The position numbers were made by a program, and so were the translations under genes. Below, piece after piece: positions 61,854 to 64,000 of a stretch of 64,000 bases of DNA. This stretch comes from Chiloscyllium plagiosum. Taxonomy: Eukaryota. The first letter of the stretch is position 1. Every line of letters begins with the position of its first letter. The notes under the pieces are model-generated. The model saw only the letters and a list, made by a program, of their open reading frames with translations. It did no database searches and was not told the DNA's origin. The DNA lies in contig NC_057720.1 of assembly GCF_004010195.1 (NCBI RefSeq), positions 25,583,007-25,647,006 of the forward strand, given 5' to 3'.

Positions 61854-63183
61854 CACAGAAGCTGCTATCATCTCTGCATTCATTGTACTGTATCTGCAAG
61901 AATGGATGAGAAACATAGGCCTCTGGAAAGCCAGGAGCAGCATCAAACTCTAGTGATGGTGGTGAAGCCCCCTGGTGTGGAGTTTCCAACTAAAAATTTC
62001 CCATGATGCAACAAAACCGCTGAAGAACCAGAGTCACTCATCATCCATGGAATGCTGTGAAGGTGAACGAGGGGCTGGTGCTGTACTCTGTTTAGAGGTG
62101 GCAGTCAGAATGTCACATCATGATGTCCAGCCTTTCTGTAATGCAACTTCTTTTTCATCAAATTCAGTTTCCTGTGCTGGTCCATTTTGAGGGCTCATTG
62201 CAGTACAGCACCGTACAGACAGAGGACGCTGTTTCATTCTTCGGTGCTTTGTTACGGGCAACTGGAAAACACAATGAGAAAAGATAGTGGAAAATGAGGA
62301 TCTGTGAGAGCTGCAGAATTATAATGAGCTGGAAAATGAAAATGTTTGTCAAAATGTACAGCACCTTCAGTGCAGAAAAGTTGGCCAAAAAAAGCCAGGC
62401 AGGACTTATCTGACAACCTCTTTCAATGGAACTAAGTTTTTGAAGTAATCTTTCACTGATCATAAATGTGTAGATGCTGCAGAGGCCAGTATCCCCTGCC
62501 TAATCCCAACTGCAAGTCTAACATATCAGTTTAACTTTTGTACACTCTTCTTGTCCAATAAAACGTAAGGTTACAAACTGATGGAAGCCTTCACAACAAC
62601 TGATGCTCCCTGATTCAATTATAACAAAGTTTCATTCTCAAATGGGCGCTATAGAAAGGACAGCCATTGTTCAAACAGGATTAAAACATTATGGCACTAA
62701 GGATGGCTAGCCTCTCTAGCTTCACTCTTGTACCTGCTGTTAAAGTGATGGTTGATGCTGCGTGCATTGAAAAATGTGAGATTATGTTTAAAATGAAGTT
62801 ACAACCATGCCACTTTTGTGGCATCAGGCAGTCACAGAAGGTGCTGGAAAAGCACAGCCAGCCAAGCAGCATCTTTCTCTCCAGTTACTTGCAGATGCAG
62901 CCCTGGGATTTGGAACTGAGAGATAAAGAGCCTTTCCTATAATGGAGCCTGTTGATCCAGGAGTTTTGGATGGGTAGCTCTGGTGCCGTGTGAGGCTAGA
63001 GAGCTCAGGCAGACTGAGATGGTCCTGGTCAGATGCAGGTTTATTCTCCTTGGTTTGAATATTTTGCTGACATAATGATTGTAATGAGATCAGGCAGATG
63101 GTCCTCATAGAATATGAGTTCCCTCATTGGTGCTGTTAGATTGGTTCAATCAGAGAGCCCTGGCTGACAGATAAGGACAGGTG

Positions 63184-63983
63184 TGGCCCCATTTGCCACC
63201 GGGCGGTGGGGATCCCCAGTGGAGGGCTTTCTACGTGGGTGTCCTCCCTCTTTCTCTCGGGGATCTGGGGTGGAGGGTGCTGCACGTAGCGGTCCCCTGT
63301 AACTGCAGATTGCGGTGGTTCACGGACTCCCGACCCAACTGCTTGTTCTTTGGCGCTGTGGAGTCCGTGGACCATGTAAACATTGGGTGTGGGTGTTTGC
63401 ACTCACTTTCTGATTTTCTCAAAAATCTCCTTCTCTGCTTTTGGTTGCACTTTAGTCCCACGCTCCTTCGGGCACCCAGTACGGAGGAGGGAGGGCAGGT
63501 CTGAAGACCTCCTCGTGGGTCTGCTCCTGGGCCTGGCCAAACTGGCCATAAACTGGTCCAGGCAGCGGGCCGTGGAGGGGGTCGTTAGGGCCGACTGCCT
63601 GCCCCTCTTCCGCAGTTACGTTAGAGCCCGGGCGTCCTTGGAGAAGGAGTACGCGGTCTCCACCAACACCCTGGAGTTGTTCAGGGAGAGGTGGGCGCCG
63701 CAGGGAGTGGAGTGCATTATTTCCCCCTCCAACTCTATTTTGCTTTAATCCCTACCCTCCCCTTCACTGTTAGATCACACAGCACTGCCCTTTGATGTGA
63801 AGGGCACTGCTTGTCACAGGGCACTCGGGTGTTTTCCTTTCTTCGTGGTGGTGGAAACTGAATAAAGACTCGTGCACCTTGTGTCTCTCACTGTGTCTCG
63901 CACCTGCACACACACACCATGGGTATGGGGGTAAAATAAGCACTACCGCAGTTAGGCAGTAGTGTGGGGGTAATGTGAAAAAA
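63184..63983 (+). mobile_element. Tx1-like (L1 clade) LINE 3' end
   Basis: DLGWRVLH.AVP.N..L..F.DS.PNC.F....ES.DH....C (zf-RVT/CCHC region), LLGLAKLAI..SR, F..RW; stop at 63748; 3' UTR with AATAAA and a short A tail; high CpG content suggests a young insertion. Confidence 0.88.
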
Positions 63984-64000
63984 GGGACGGGCGTGTCAGA

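Overview
This is vertebrate intronic or intergenic DNA. The repeat inventory points to a cartilaginous fish (shark): HER1-like CR1 LINEs, HE1-like V-SINEs and other tRNA-derived SINEs. I found no credible host protein-coding exon; the recognisable ORF-track entries are broken transposon frames and the rest look like chance ORFs. Much of the window is decayed mobile DNA: many CR1 LINEs, SINEs, three solo LTRs, a Tc1/mariner-type MITE, a fossil two-gene PIF/Harbinger element, the 3' end of a Tx1/L1 LINE, and several Penelope-like elements (PLEs; RT plus GIY-YIG). The most interesting signal is RNA-level. At least four, probably five, unrelated short repeat families each carry a minimal type I hammerhead ribozyme core (CUGANGA-stem II-GAAA-short palindrome-UH). 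Several of these ribozyme-bearing termini occur alone, without any ORF, as 200-320 bp fold-back or tandem insertions flanked by 13-bp target-site duplications. A few repeat-free tracts rich in homeodomain, Sox or Meis motifs look like candidate conserved non-coding elements. Family names come from visual recognition, not database searches, and repeat boundaries are approximate unless a TSD or TIR fixes them.
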